From an uncultured Gammaproteobacteria bacterium (GTDB taxonomy: Bacteria > Patescibacteriota > Patescibacteriia > Patescibacteriales > UBA12465), in NCBI GenBank assembly GCA_964652745.1, contig CAZZBQ010000001.1:16029-75401 (forward strand): a stretch of 59,373 bases of DNA, written 5' to 3'. Under the pieces are notes generated by a model. The model ran no database searches and had not been told where the DNA came from. It was given only the letters and a program-made list of their open reading frames with translations. Positions 36,335 to 45,280 of the stretch are shown piece after piece. A program made the translations under genes and the position numbers. Positions within the stretch are counted from its first letter, which is position 1. Every line of letters starts with the position of its first letter.

Positions 36335-37372
36335 ATGTTTAGAAATGATAAAAATCAATTGAAAAAGGGTGATAGGGTGGTTAACAAAGTTGATCAAGAT
36401 TTGATAGTGCATAATATGCCTAACAAATCTAGGTTAAGCGGTTCTTCTGTAGCAGCTATTACTAATCAAGACTTTTCCGGTTCAAACGTAAAACAGCACA
36501 ATGTTAAATCGATTGGTGCTATTATTATTGTATTGGGAGTTATTCTGGTTGGCGCCTTGGTTTACTTAAGTTATCGTTTTGTTATTAAGCCGCAAGCAGA
36601 AAAAACTCCAGTTGCTCAAGTAAATAAGCCTGCGTCTATTTCGCAGACAACTGAAACTGAATTAACTGATGCACCTATTGTTGCCACATCTTCAGCGGTT
36701 GATATTGAAACGATTGATCCAATTAGCGCAACTACAAGCCAGAGCGTTGCTACTACTTCCGAAGTAGCAATTAATGAAGAGGATATGCCGGAAGAGGGGC
36801 TAGTCGAGGAAGTGCTTTGGACGCCGATTTTAGATACTGATGGTGACGGTTTAACTGATGATGAGGAGTCAGCTATGGAAACTAATGTTTCAGAAATTGA
36901 TACTGACAAGGATGGGTATTTAGATTTAGCAGAAATAAAAAGCGGCTATAATCCGCTTAATACTGGACGCCTAAATGAAAGCACATCTTTGGCGATTCAT
37001 AATGATATGGTTAGTAAATTTTCAATTTTATATCCAGTTTCATGGATTAAGCAGTCGTTAAATAGCGGTTATACTTTAATTATTTCAGCGCCAGATAATT
37101 CTTTATTTCAAGTCTCCGTTCAGGATAATCCCCGCAATCAAGTGATTGCTGATTGGTATGCGGAAACATTTTCTTCAGAAACAGATACTTACAGCAGTTT
37201 TAAAAACGGAGTTGGCTGGGAGGGAATATCAAGTAAAGATGGATTAGATTTTTATTTAACAGATATTGAGAAGAATAATATTTATGTTATCTCTTATATA
37301 CCAGTTATTAGTACGCGGTTAGCATATTTGAATATTTATCAAATGATGATTGATAATTTTAAAATCCAGTAG
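36335..37372 (+). CDS. Membrane-anchored protein with TSP3-like repeats and an uncharacterised C-terminal globular domain
   Basis: Trimmed to ATG 36335. One TM (IGAIIIVLGVILVGALVYLSY), Thr/Ser-rich linker, DTDGDGLTDDEE and DTDKDGYLDLAE. The architecture is paralogous to 35439..36191. Confidence 0.75.
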   Translation: MFRNDKNQLKKGDRVVNKVDQDLIVHNMPNKSRLSGSSVAAITNQDFSGSNVKQHNVKSIGAIIIVLGVILVGALVYLSYRFVIKPQAEKTPVAQVNKPASISQTTETELTDAPIVATSSAVDIETIDPISATTSQSVATTSEVAINEEDMPEEGLVEEVLWTPILDTDGDGLTDDEESAMETNVSEIDTDKDGYLDLAEIKSGYNPLNTGRLNESTSLAIHNDMVSKFSILYPVSWIKQSLNSGYTLIISAPDNSLFQVSVQDNPRNQVIADWYAETFSSETDTYSSFKNGVGWEGISSKDGLDFYLTDIEKNNIYVISYIPVISTRLAYLNIYQMMIDNFKIQ

Positions 37373-37393
37373 ATAACAATATTAAAGTTATTT

Positions 37394-37425
37394 AAAAAAC
37401 ACCGCATAAATAAGCGGTGTTTTTT
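37394..37425. terminator. Bidirectional Rho-independent terminator between the surface-protein block (+) and clpP (-)
   Basis: AAAAAACACCGC / GCGGTGTTTTTT around an 8-nt loop. Confidence 0.85.
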
Positions 37426-37443
37426 ATTTTTATTATTAGAATT

Positions 37444-38022
37444 TTATTTTTTAATAATTTTATCGATAATACCGTACTTCAAAGCTTCATCAGCTGACAT
37501 GAAATTATCGCGGTCGCTATCTTTTTCCACGGTTGCTTCTTTTTGTTTAGTATGAAAAGCAAGAATTTTATTCATTTTCGCCTTGGTCTTCAAAATATGT
37601 TCAGCACGAATTTTAATGTCAGAAGCTTGGCCTTCTGCGCCACCCATAACTTGATGAATCATTACTTCGCTATTAGGCAGAGCAAAGCGTTTGCCTGGGG
37701 CGCCAGCTGCTAATAAAACTGAAGCCATAGAGGCGGCTAAACCGACACAAATAGTGGAAACATCAGATTTAATGTATTGCATAGTGTCGTAAATTGCCAA
37801 GCCAGCACTAACTGAGCCGCCAGGGGAATTGATGTAAAATTTAATATCTTGGTCCTTATTTTGAGCATCTAAAAACAAGAATTGAGCAATTACAATATTG
37901 GCGACATGGTCATCTATGGGCTCTCCCAAAAAGATGATCCTATCTTTTAAAAGGCGGGAATATATGTCGTAGGCACGTTCTACGTGCCCCTCTTTTTCAA
38001 TAACTGTAGGTATTAATGGCAT
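37444..38022 (-). CDS. clpP: ATP-dependent Clp protease proteolytic subunit
   Basis: [38 protein letters not shown] (active Ser) and MIHQVMGG. Confidence 0.96.
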   Translation of the reverse strand: MPLIPTVIEKEGHVERAYDIYSRLLKDRIIFLGEPIDDHVANIVIAQFLFLDAQNKDQDIKFYINSPGGSVSAGLAIYDTMQYIKSDVSTICVGLAASMASVLLAAGAPGKRFALPNSEVMIHQVMGGAEGQASDIKIRAEHILKTKAKMNKILAFHTKQKEATVEKDSDRDNFMSADEALKYGIIDKIIKK

Positions 38023-38086
38023 ATTTGTATAAAAATTTTAATAGTTTAATTATAAATAAAAATAGCATTTTTGTAAAGACTAAGCC

Positions 38087-38115
38087 TTGATTTTTATTAG
38101 CGTTTGTCCTAAGAT
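38087..38115 (+). promoter_or_regulatory. Candidate secDF promoter
   Basis: TTGATT (38087-38092), 17-bp spacer, TAAGAT (38110-38115). Confidence 0.4.
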
Positions 38116-38186
38116 GAAGGAAAGTTAGAGTTATTCACTAATATTTGCCGGTTTGTTATGCCGGTTGATTTTAAGCTAAATATCCT

Positions 38187-39785
38187 ATGTCATTCGCACA
38201 AAAACTTGCTAAAATGTCTCCGACAACGAAGACTCGCTGGGTTCTCGGTTTAATTGTATTATTTGTGCTTACTGCCGCCGTTACTGCCGGTGGTTATCAG
38301 TACAATAAGTTTGTTAAATTTTTATCTGATAAGACCAACAACATCGTTGTCCTGCCTTTGGCTAAAGATTTGCCCTTTAATCTCGGGTTGGATTTACAGG
38401 GAGGAACCCAGTTAATCTATGAAGCTGATGTTACTAAAATTTCAGAAGTAGATCGTGCTGGAGCTGTGGAATCAGCTCGTGATGTTATTGAGCGCCGGGT
38501 TAATACCTTTGGCGTTAGCGAACCATTAGTTCAGGTTAATAAAGGGGCGAGCGGTGAATATCGTATTATTGCCGAATTAGCTGGGATTAAGGATGTGGAG
38601 GAAGCAATCAAAATGATTGGGGAAACTCCTATTTTAGAATTTAAAGAACAGAACGTAGCTGCTATTAATGAATCTTTAGAGAGCGTGCCTGTTTCTGAAG
38701 GGACTGCCAGTACAAGCGCTACTACTACTGCGGAGGCTGCCGCTGTTGCTGTAAATATTGATCCAGAAAATATATGGCAAAATACAGAGTTAACTGGAAA
38801 ATATTTAAAGCGTGCTGTTTTGCAATTTAATCCTAATGACGGCAGTCCAGAAGTTTCTTTGGAATTTAATTCTGAAGGTGCTCAAATGTTTGAAGATATT
38901 ACTGCCCGTAATGTTGGGCAGCCAGTAGCAATTTTTCTTGATGGCTATGTAATTAGTGCGCCAACAGTTGATGAGAAAATTACTGGTGGTCAAGCAGTTA
39001 TTTCTGGCCAATTTAATATTGATGAGGCTAAATTGTTAGTGAAGCGTTTAAATTCTGGCGCCCTACCTGTTCCAATTTCTTTAGTATCTCAAAAGATGGT
39101 TGAAGCAAGCTTGGGGGCTAAGTCGGTAGCTAATAGTTTACAGGCTGGGTTAATTGGGTTATTACTTGTGTCCATTTTTATGATTATTGTTTATAGGCTG
39201 CCTGGTTTATTGTCAGTATTTTCTTTAGTAGCTTATGGTATTATTATGCTTGCAATTTTTAAAGCGATTCCGATTGCAATTGCCTTGCCAATGATATTTG
39301 TTATGACTGCTTTAATTTTTTATACTTTCAATGAACTTAAAGTTTTTGACGGTTCTCTTGCATTGTTATTCGCGGTTATTGGTATTTTACTTTTCTTTTA
39401 TGCTTTGCAGCCAATTACTTTGTCGTTGTCTGGTATCGCTGGTTTAATTTTATCTTTAGGCATGGCAGTTGATGCTAATATTTTGATTTTTGCTAGGACT
39501 AAAGAAGAGTTAAGACAGGGAAAAACAATCAGCCAATCACTTTCTGATGGTTTTAAGCGCGCTTGGCCTTCAATTCGTGATGGAAATATTTCTACGCTTA
39601 TTACTTGTTTGATTTTAATGTTCTTTGGAACATCATCGGTTCAAGGATTTGGCACAACTTTATTTATTGGCGTCTCTGTTTCTTTATTTAGCGCTATTGT
39701 TATTACTAGAGTTTTAACAATTGTCTTTTTGGGAGATTGGTTGGAAAAAAGACGCTGGCTTTTAGGGACTAGAAATATTAAGTAG
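38187..39785 (+). CDS. secD: Protein translocase subunit SecD
   Basis: N-terminal TM, periplasmic domain with LGLDLQGGTQLIYE, and a C-terminal 5-TM bundle with GMAVDANILIFAR. Confidence 0.94.
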   Translation: MSFAQKLAKMSPTTKTRWVLGLIVLFVLTAAVTAGGYQYNKFVKFLSDKTNNIVVLPLAKDLPFNLGLDLQGGTQLIYEADVTKISEVDRAGAVESARDVIERRVNTFGVSEPLVQVNKGASGEYRIIAELAGIKDVEEAIKMIGETPILEFKEQNVAAINESLESVPVSEGTASTSATTTAEAAAVAVNIDPENIWQNTELTGKYLKRAVLQFNPNDGSPEVSLEFNSEGAQMFEDITARNVGQPVAIFLDGYVISAPTVDEKITGGQAVISGQFNIDEAKLLVKRLNSGALPVPISLVSQKMVEASLGAKSVANSLQAGLIGLLLVSIFMIIVYRLPGLLSVFSLVAYGIIMLAIFKAIPIAIALPMIFVMTALIFYTFNELKVFDGSLALLFAVIGILLFFYALQPITLSLSGIAGLILSLGMAVDANILIFARTKEELRQGKTISQSLSDGFKRAWPSIRDGNISTLITCLILMFFGTSSVQGFGTTLFIGVSVSLFSAIVITRVLTIVFLGDWLEKRRWLLGTRNIK

Positions 39786-39818
39786 TAGCCATAAAAAATT
39801 AAAAGCAAATAAAAATAT

Positions 39819-40730
39819 ATGACTTATCGGATAATTCAAAAAAGAAACATTTTTCTAGTTATCTCTGGAATTCTAGTAACTGCAGCAATTATCGCTCTAT
39901 CTTTTTGGGGCCTGAATTTTGGAGTTGATTTTAGTGGCGGTAGTTTGTTGGAGGGGGAATTTTCAGGTTATCAGCCTACTATTGTTGAAATTCAAGATGG
40001 AGCTAGGGCAGCCGGTGTTAATAATTTAACTGTCCAGCCAACTGGAGAAAATACTTTTATTCTACGTTTTAAAGAAACGAGCGAAGAATCTCATCAGGCC
40101 GTTACTACTCAACTAGAACAGTTGGCTGCTAATCATAATGGTGCTGTTTTTAAGGAATTGCGCACAGATTTAGTTGGTCCATCGATTGGCACAGAGTTAA
40201 AAAGTAAATCTTTTAATGCTTCTTTATTAGTTTTATTAATGATTATTATTTATATTTCCTTGGTTTTCCGTAAAGTTTCTCGTCCAGTGTCTTCTTGGAA
40301 ATATGGCGTTGCTGCTATTATTGCCTTAGCTCATGATATTCTGATTACTCTAGGCGCTTTTGCTGCTTTAGGACATTTTTATCATATTGAGATTAATACT
40401 CCATTCATTGCAGCCATCCTTACTGTTTTAGGCTATAGTATTAACGATACAATTATTGTATTTGACCGTGTTCGCGAGAATTTACCTAAGAGCCATGAAG
40501 ATTTTGAAAATACAGTTAATACTAGCATTAATCAGACTATTTCTCGTTCAATTAATACTTCAATGTCAACCATGCTTGCTCTTTTAGCCATTTTTCTTTT
40601 TGGCGGCAGCACTATTCGCGATTTCGCTTTGGCCCTTCTTATTGGTGTATTTATTGGTACCTATAGTTCAATCTTTGTAGCTAGTTCTTTGCTAGTTATT
40701 TGGCAAAAATTAACTGCCAGAAAAGCTTAA
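39819..40730 (+). CDS. secF: Protein translocase subunit SecF
   Basis: GLNFGVDFSGGSLLE and GYSINDTIIVFDRVRE are the SecF signatures. Confidence 0.94.
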   Translation: MTYRIIQKRNIFLVISGILVTAAIIALSFWGLNFGVDFSGGSLLEGEFSGYQPTIVEIQDGARAAGVNNLTVQPTGENTFILRFKETSEESHQAVTTQLEQLAANHNGAVFKELRTDLVGPSIGTELKSKSFNASLLVLLMIIIYISLVFRKVSRPVSSWKYGVAAIIALAHDILITLGAFAALGHFYHIEINTPFIAAILTVLGYSINDTIIVFDRVRENLPKSHEDFENTVNTSINQTISRSINTSMSTMLALLAIFLFGGSTIRDFALALLIGVFIGTYSSIFVASSLLVIWQKLTARKA

Positions 40731-40758
40731 TTAAAGGATATTTTTAGATTTTTGTTTA

Positions 40759-40788
40759 AGAGGCTGGTTCCCACCAGCTTCTTTTTTT
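40759..40788 (+). terminator. Rho-independent terminator after secF
   Basis: 10-bp stem AGAGGCTGGT / ACCAGCTTCT (one G-U pair), loop TCCC, then a T7 run. Confidence 0.85.
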
Positions 40789-40796
40789 GCTATAAT
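40768..40796 (+). promoter_or_regulatory. Extended -10 promoter placed for a leaderless transcript of the 40804 gene
   Basis: TGcTATAAT (40788-40796) with a weak -35 TTCCCA (40768-40773). Only 7 nt (ATAAGGC) separate the -10 from ATG 40804. Confidence 0.55.
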
Positions 40797-40803
40797 ATAA
40801 GGC

Positions 40804-43137
40804 ATGAACTCTCTTATTTCTCTAAAAATAAATAAATCTAGGGTTTTAGCTTTAGCTATAGAAACTACTTATTTGCTGACTGTTTTTTTAATTCCAGTTT
40901 GGTTTGCTTATTTTTTTCCAGGGTTTAATCTATTCGAACTTAGTAAGTTCGCTATTTTTCGGTTTTTAGTTTGGTTTTTGCTAGTTCTAACCGCCGTACG
41001 TTTCATTTTTTTTCGGAAAGAATTAAACTTTTCCTTTTTGAGATTAGTTAAATTATTTTTTATCCCTTTTTTGTTTATTGCCGGTTTAGCAGTTTCTTTA
41101 TTTTTTTCTATTGATTTACAGCAAAGCTTTTTTGGCTCCTATGATCGCCAAGAGGGTTGGATAAGTCAGGCAATGTATTTTGTGTGGTCAATATTATTGA
41201 CAGTTAATTTATTATGGCCATCGAAAAATCATAAGGAGTCTAATTATCGCACATTAGTTAATAAGCGAGTAGAGAATTTAGTTTTTACTATGGTATTATC
41301 AACATCAATAGTTGCTTTATATGGAGTTTTACAAATTATGGGCTTTGATTTTTTAGATTGGCCAGAGCAGCCGTATTTAACCGGTAGAACTTTGTCTTCT
41401 TTAGGACAACCAAATTTCCTCGCCTCCTTTTTATTATTAGGTATGCCGCTAACTGCTTATTTAATGTTTCTTGCAAAACGTTTTTTTGTTAAATCTGCCT
41501 ATTTTATTTTGTTAGTTTTACAAATAGCTTGTTTATTTTTTACAGCCAGCCGTGGGGGGCTGTTAGCCTTTTTTGCAATGATTGTGCTGTTAGTAGCATA
41601 TCTCTTTTTTACAGCCAACTTATCTAAAAAAATTAAGATTGGCTTAGTAAGCTCGGTTGTATTTTTAGGAATTGTTGGTTTAGCGGCCTTAGAGCTAGTA
41701 ACTCCGGGAAGAATTAAGGAATCATTTGATTTTACGCGCGGAAGTCTAGCTTCACGGGTTTTCTTTTTTCAGGCCTCAGCTGATGCTATTTTAGAGCGAC
41801 CGTTATTTGGATATGGACTAGAAAATGGTGGCGAAGTGTTTATTAAATACTATGAGCGTGATTGGGGAATTTATGGAGATGTTAGCTCTAATACTGATAG
41901 AGCACATAATATATTTTTAGATATTTTGATTTCTGCTGGTTTTTGGGGTTTGTGTTTGCTTGTGATGTTTTATTATTACTATTTTCGCCTTAGTTGGCAG
42001 GAGATAAAAAGCGGAACAAGTAAACCCTTAATGTTGGCTTTATCTTTAGGTGTATCGGCTTATTTAATTTCTTTGTTTTTTAGTTTTGCAATTGTTTCTG
42101 GTGAAATCTATTATTGGTCATTTTTAGCAATATTGCTTGCATTAATTGCTAGCCAAGCTAGTGATAATAAACAGAGCGTAGAGTTAAAAAAGGAATCCAA
42201 GATTGTAGAGTGGCTTGTTATTGCTTTCTCAATTATAATTATTTTATTTTCTAGTTGGCAAATGATGCGCAGTGTCCAGGTTTTAATGGCGGATTATTAT
42301 AAAAACAGAATTTTTATTGCCGTAGAAAATAGAGAATTTATTGAGGCGGTTGTTCTGCGTTCAGAAATAATTAATTTAAATATTAATCCGGTCTTAAAAG
42401 ATCATTATGATTATTATTTGGGCTCACAATTAGTTAATTATTGTACCTATGGCAGCTTCCAGGATTTAGCTGAAGAAAGAATTGTTAAAGCAAAACTAGA
42501 AACAATTGTTAAGTCGCTTCCCGATTATGGTTATGAAAATATTTTATTAAAAGCAAATGCGGCTGCTTGTTTAAACAATGAATTAGAGGCGGATAAATAT
42601 TTTAATATCTTAGCACAGCTGGCTCCAGAGTGGCCTCGGGCTTATTTGGAAAGAGGTTATTATTTAGCAAAACAGGGTAGGTTGGTTGATGCGGAAAAAT
42701 ATTATCAATTAGCTGATATCAATTTACCAGATCCGGATAGTGATAAAATTAATTTGTCGCATCGTCGTGTAGTCGCTAATTATAAATTTTTAATGTATGC
42801 TAGCTTAGCAGATGGCTATTTTAAACAAGGTAATTATGTGCGCGCTGAAATGTTTTTCCAGAATGCTTTCCGCTATCGGCCAGAAGATTATTCAATATTT
42901 AAAAAAATTGCCGACTGCTATTATTTACAGGGGGATTTAAATAATGCTATTAAATATATCCGCCGTGGCTTAGCCTCTAATCCAAGCGATGTCAGTTGGC
43001 ACATTGCTTTAGCGGTTTTATATTTTGAAAATAATAACATTTCTGAAGCCTTGGCTCGATTAGATGAGGCGGAAAAAGTTGCTCCAGCTAGTTCAATTTC
43101 AGAAATAGAAAGTTTACGTTTAGATTTTAATAAATAG
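40804..43137 (+). CDS. O-antigen ligase (Wzy_C) family membrane protein fused to C-terminal TPR repeats
   Basis: Polytopic N-terminal two-thirds with FTASRGGLLAF and RAHNIFLDILISAGFWG. The C-terminal 250 aa or so has TPR-like repeats (YYLAKQGRLVDAEKYY, YFKQGNYVRAEMFF, YYLQGDLNNAIKYI). Confidence 0.85.
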   Translation: MNSLISLKINKSRVLALAIETTYLLTVFLIPVWFAYFFPGFNLFELSKFAIFRFLVWFLLVLTAVRFIFFRKELNFSFLRLVKLFFIPFLFIAGLAVSLFFSIDLQQSFFGSYDRQEGWISQAMYFVWSILLTVNLLWPSKNHKESNYRTLVNKRVENLVFTMVLSTSIVALYGVLQIMGFDFLDWPEQPYLTGRTLSSLGQPNFLASFLLLGMPLTAYLMFLAKRFFVKSAYFILLVLQIACLFFTASRGGLLAFFAMIVLLVAYLFFTANLSKKIKIGLVSSVVFLGIVGLAALELVTPGRIKESFDFTRGSLASRVFFFQASADAILERPLFGYGLENGGEVFIKYYERDWGIYGDVSSNTDRAHNIFLDILISAGFWGLCLLVMFYYYYFRLSWQEIKSGTSKPLMLALSLGVSAYLISLFFSFAIVSGEIYYWSFLAILLALIASQASDNKQSVELKKESKIVEWLVIAFSIIIILFSSWQMMRSVQVLMADYYKNRIFIAVENREFIEAVVLRSEIINLNINPVLKDHYDYYLGSQLVNYCTYGSFQDLAEERIVKAKLETIVKSLPDYGYENILLKANAAACLNNELEADKYFNILAQLAPEWPRAYLERGYYLAKQGRLVDAEKYYQLADINLPDPDSDKINLSHRRVVANYKFLMYASLADGYFKQGNYVRAEMFFQNAFRYRPEDYSIFKKIADCYYLQGDLNNAIKYIRRGLASNPSDVSWHIALAVLYFENNNISEALARLDEAEKVAPASSISEIESLRLDFNK

Positions 43138-43138
43138 T

Positions 43139-43903
43139 ATGGATTATTTTTTTATTATAATTGCTGGTTTACTAGGCTTAATAGTTGGTAGTTTTTTAAA
43201 TTGTTTAATTTGGCGCATTTATAAAGAAGAAAGCATAATGGGCCGGTCTTATTGCCCGAAGTGTTCTAAACAAATTGCTTGGTATGACAATATTCCACTT
43301 TTAAGTTTTATTATTTTACGTGGTCGTTGCCGCCATTGCCAACAGAAAATATCTTGGCAATATCCCTTAGTGGAATTTTTTACTAGTCTTTTATTTGTCC
43401 TATCTTTTATTTCAGTTTCTGACACACCTGACATGCCTTTACTTTTGGCGCGCAATTGGCTATTAATTATTACTTTTATAACAGTGTTTATATATGATTT
43501 GCGCTGGCAGATGGTGCCGATGATTATTATCTGGCCAATGATTGCGGTGGCAGCCGGAATTAGTATTTTTCTTGGTTATCCTTGGCAGGAAGTATTCTTG
43601 TTTGGTGTGGCTGGCACTTCTTTTTTTCTGATTCAGTATTTTGCAACCGCTAAACGGGGAATTGGTGAGGGAGATATTTGGCTTGGATTATTAATTGGCG
43701 TCACTTTTCCTGAGGGTGGATTATTAGCACTAGCTTTAATTCTGGCTTATTTTGTTGGCGCAATTGTTAGTGTTGTTTTGTTGTTTGACCGTCAACGGGG
43801 ATGGAAGTCAAAAATAGCACTAGGTCCATTTTTGTCTTTTGGTGCTATTATTACCCTAATTTACGGAAGCGAGATTCTGGCTTGGTATTTAAGTCTGTTT
43901 TAG
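43139..43903 (+). CDS. pilD: Prepilin peptidase (A24 family, with N-terminal Cys-rich domain)
   Basis: CPKCSKQIAWYDNIPLLSFIILRGRCRHCQQKISWQYPLVE, plus catalytic Asp regions (IYDLRWQ and GIGEGDIWLG). Confidence 0.9.
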   Translation: MDYFFIIIAGLLGLIVGSFLNCLIWRIYKEESIMGRSYCPKCSKQIAWYDNIPLLSFIILRGRCRHCQQKISWQYPLVEFFTSLLFVLSFISVSDTPDMPLLLARNWLLIITFITVFIYDLRWQMVPMIIIWPMIAVAAGISIFLGYPWQEVFLFGVAGTSFFLIQYFATAKRGIGEGDIWLGLLIGVTFPEGGLLALALILAYFVGAIVSVVLLFDRQRGWKSKIALGPFLSFGAIITLIYGSEILAWYLSLF

Positions 43904-43905
43904 AA

Positions 43906-43934
43906 TTGTTAAAATCTTATAAATTTTGTATAAT
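43906..43934 (+). promoter_or_regulatory. Candidate ftsAZ promoter
   Basis: TTGTTA (43906-43911), 17-bp spacer, TATAAT (43929-43934). Confidence 0.55.
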
Positions 43935-44002
43935 ATTAACAGTAAATAATATTGAGAAAATATTGCCGTATTTTTATATATACGAGCAACTCGCTAATCA
44001 GT

Positions 44003-45262
44003 ATGAAGGATAATATCATCGCCGGCTTGGATATCGGATCGACTTCCATCCGTCTAGTAATTGGACAAAGAATCGCGGGTCCGGTCGGAGACGAGCTGCA
44101 AATAATTGGAGCGGTTTCCGGGCCAACAGCTGGAGTTAATCGCGGAATAGTTAACAGTATAGAAGAGACAACTTCTTCTATTTCTGCTGTTTTAGAAAAG
44201 GCAGAGAGGTTGGTTGGCGTTCCAATTAGCCGCGTCTGGGTTGGCATTAATGATCCTCATATTAAATGTGAAAGGTCTAAAGGTGTAGTTGCGGTTAGTC
44301 GTAGTGATGGAGAAATTGGTGATAATGATGTTAATCGAGCTATTGAAGCAGCACGTGCTTTAGCTGTACCTGTTAATTACGAAATTTTACATGTTATTCC
44401 GATAAAGTTTGGCGTTGATAATCAGGCTGATGTTAAAGATCCGATTGGCATGAACGGTATTAGATTAGAGGTAGAGACTTTAATTATACAAGGTCTTAGT
44501 ACTCAGATTAAGAATTTAACTAAGGCGATATATAGAACTGGTTTAGAAATTGAAGATTTAGTTCTAGCACCACTCGCGGCCGCAGAAGCAGTTGTTAGTT
44601 CTAAACAAAAAGAATTAGGAGTTGCTCTTGTTAATCTTGGTTCCTCTACTACTTCTTTAGCTATCTACGAAGAAAGAAATTTAATCCATACCGCTATTTT
44701 GCCGATTGGCGCAGAACATATTACCGCTGATGTAGCTATTGGTTTGCGTTGCCCGATTAATTTAGCTGAAAGAATCAAGAGAGAATATGGCAGCGCTAAT
44801 GCTCCCGAAGACAAACATGAAGATGAGATTGATATTTCCGAACTAGTTAAAGAAGAAGAGGTAAATGATGATATTAGAACAATTTCTAAAAAATACGTCG
44901 CTGAAATAATCGGTGCGCGCGTTGAGGAAATTTTTGACAAGGTTGATGGTGAATTTAGAAAAATTGATCGTTCCGGTATGTTGCCCGCTGGTGTTATTTT
45001 TGTTGGTGGTGGCTGCGAACTTGACGGTTTGGTAGAATCTGCTAAAAAGAAGTTACGCCTACCAGCTGCTATCGGTGTGGCTAAAAATATCAGTGTGGTA
45101 ATTGATAAGGTAAAAAATCCTGAATTTCTAACCGCTTTAGGTTTAGTTATTTGGGGCAATAATGCTGATGGCGATTCAGTTTCTTCCGGGAAGCTGAAAA
45201 AGAATTTGAGCGGAGTTTTTGATAAGGCCAAGGGTCTTTTCAACCGCATCATGCCGAAATAA
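44003..45262 (+). CDS. ftsA: Cell division protein FtsA
   Basis: Trimmed to ATG 44003 (MKDNIIAGLDIGSTSIR). Actin-fold phosphate loops LDIGS and VNLGSSTTS, and VGGGCELDGL. Confidence 0.94.
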   Translation: MKDNIIAGLDIGSTSIRLVIGQRIAGPVGDELQIIGAVSGPTAGVNRGIVNSIEETTSSISAVLEKAERLVGVPISRVWVGINDPHIKCERSKGVVAVSRSDGEIGDNDVNRAIEAARALAVPVNYEILHVIPIKFGVDNQADVKDPIGMNGIRLEVETLIIQGLSTQIKNLTKAIYRTGLEIEDLVLAPLAAAEAVVSSKQKELGVALVNLGSSTTSLAIYEERNLIHTAILPIGAEHITADVAIGLRCPINLAERIKREYGSANAPEDKHEDEIDISELVKEEEVNDDIRTISKKYVAEIIGARVEEIFDKVDGEFRKIDRSGMLPAGVIFVGGGCELDGLVESAKKKLRLPAAIGVAKNISVVIDKVKNPEFLTALGLVIWGNNADGDSVSSGKLKKNLSGVFDKAKGLFNRIMPK

Positions 45263-45280
45263 AAAAATAAATTTTATATT

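Noticed and set aside
38146-38166. Direct repeat TGCCGGTT x2 (13-bp period) in the secD leader
   Set aside because: It is only 8 bp per unit and occurs once. It could form a weak CCGG hairpin or be a chance event, so there is insufficient evidence for a regulatory call.
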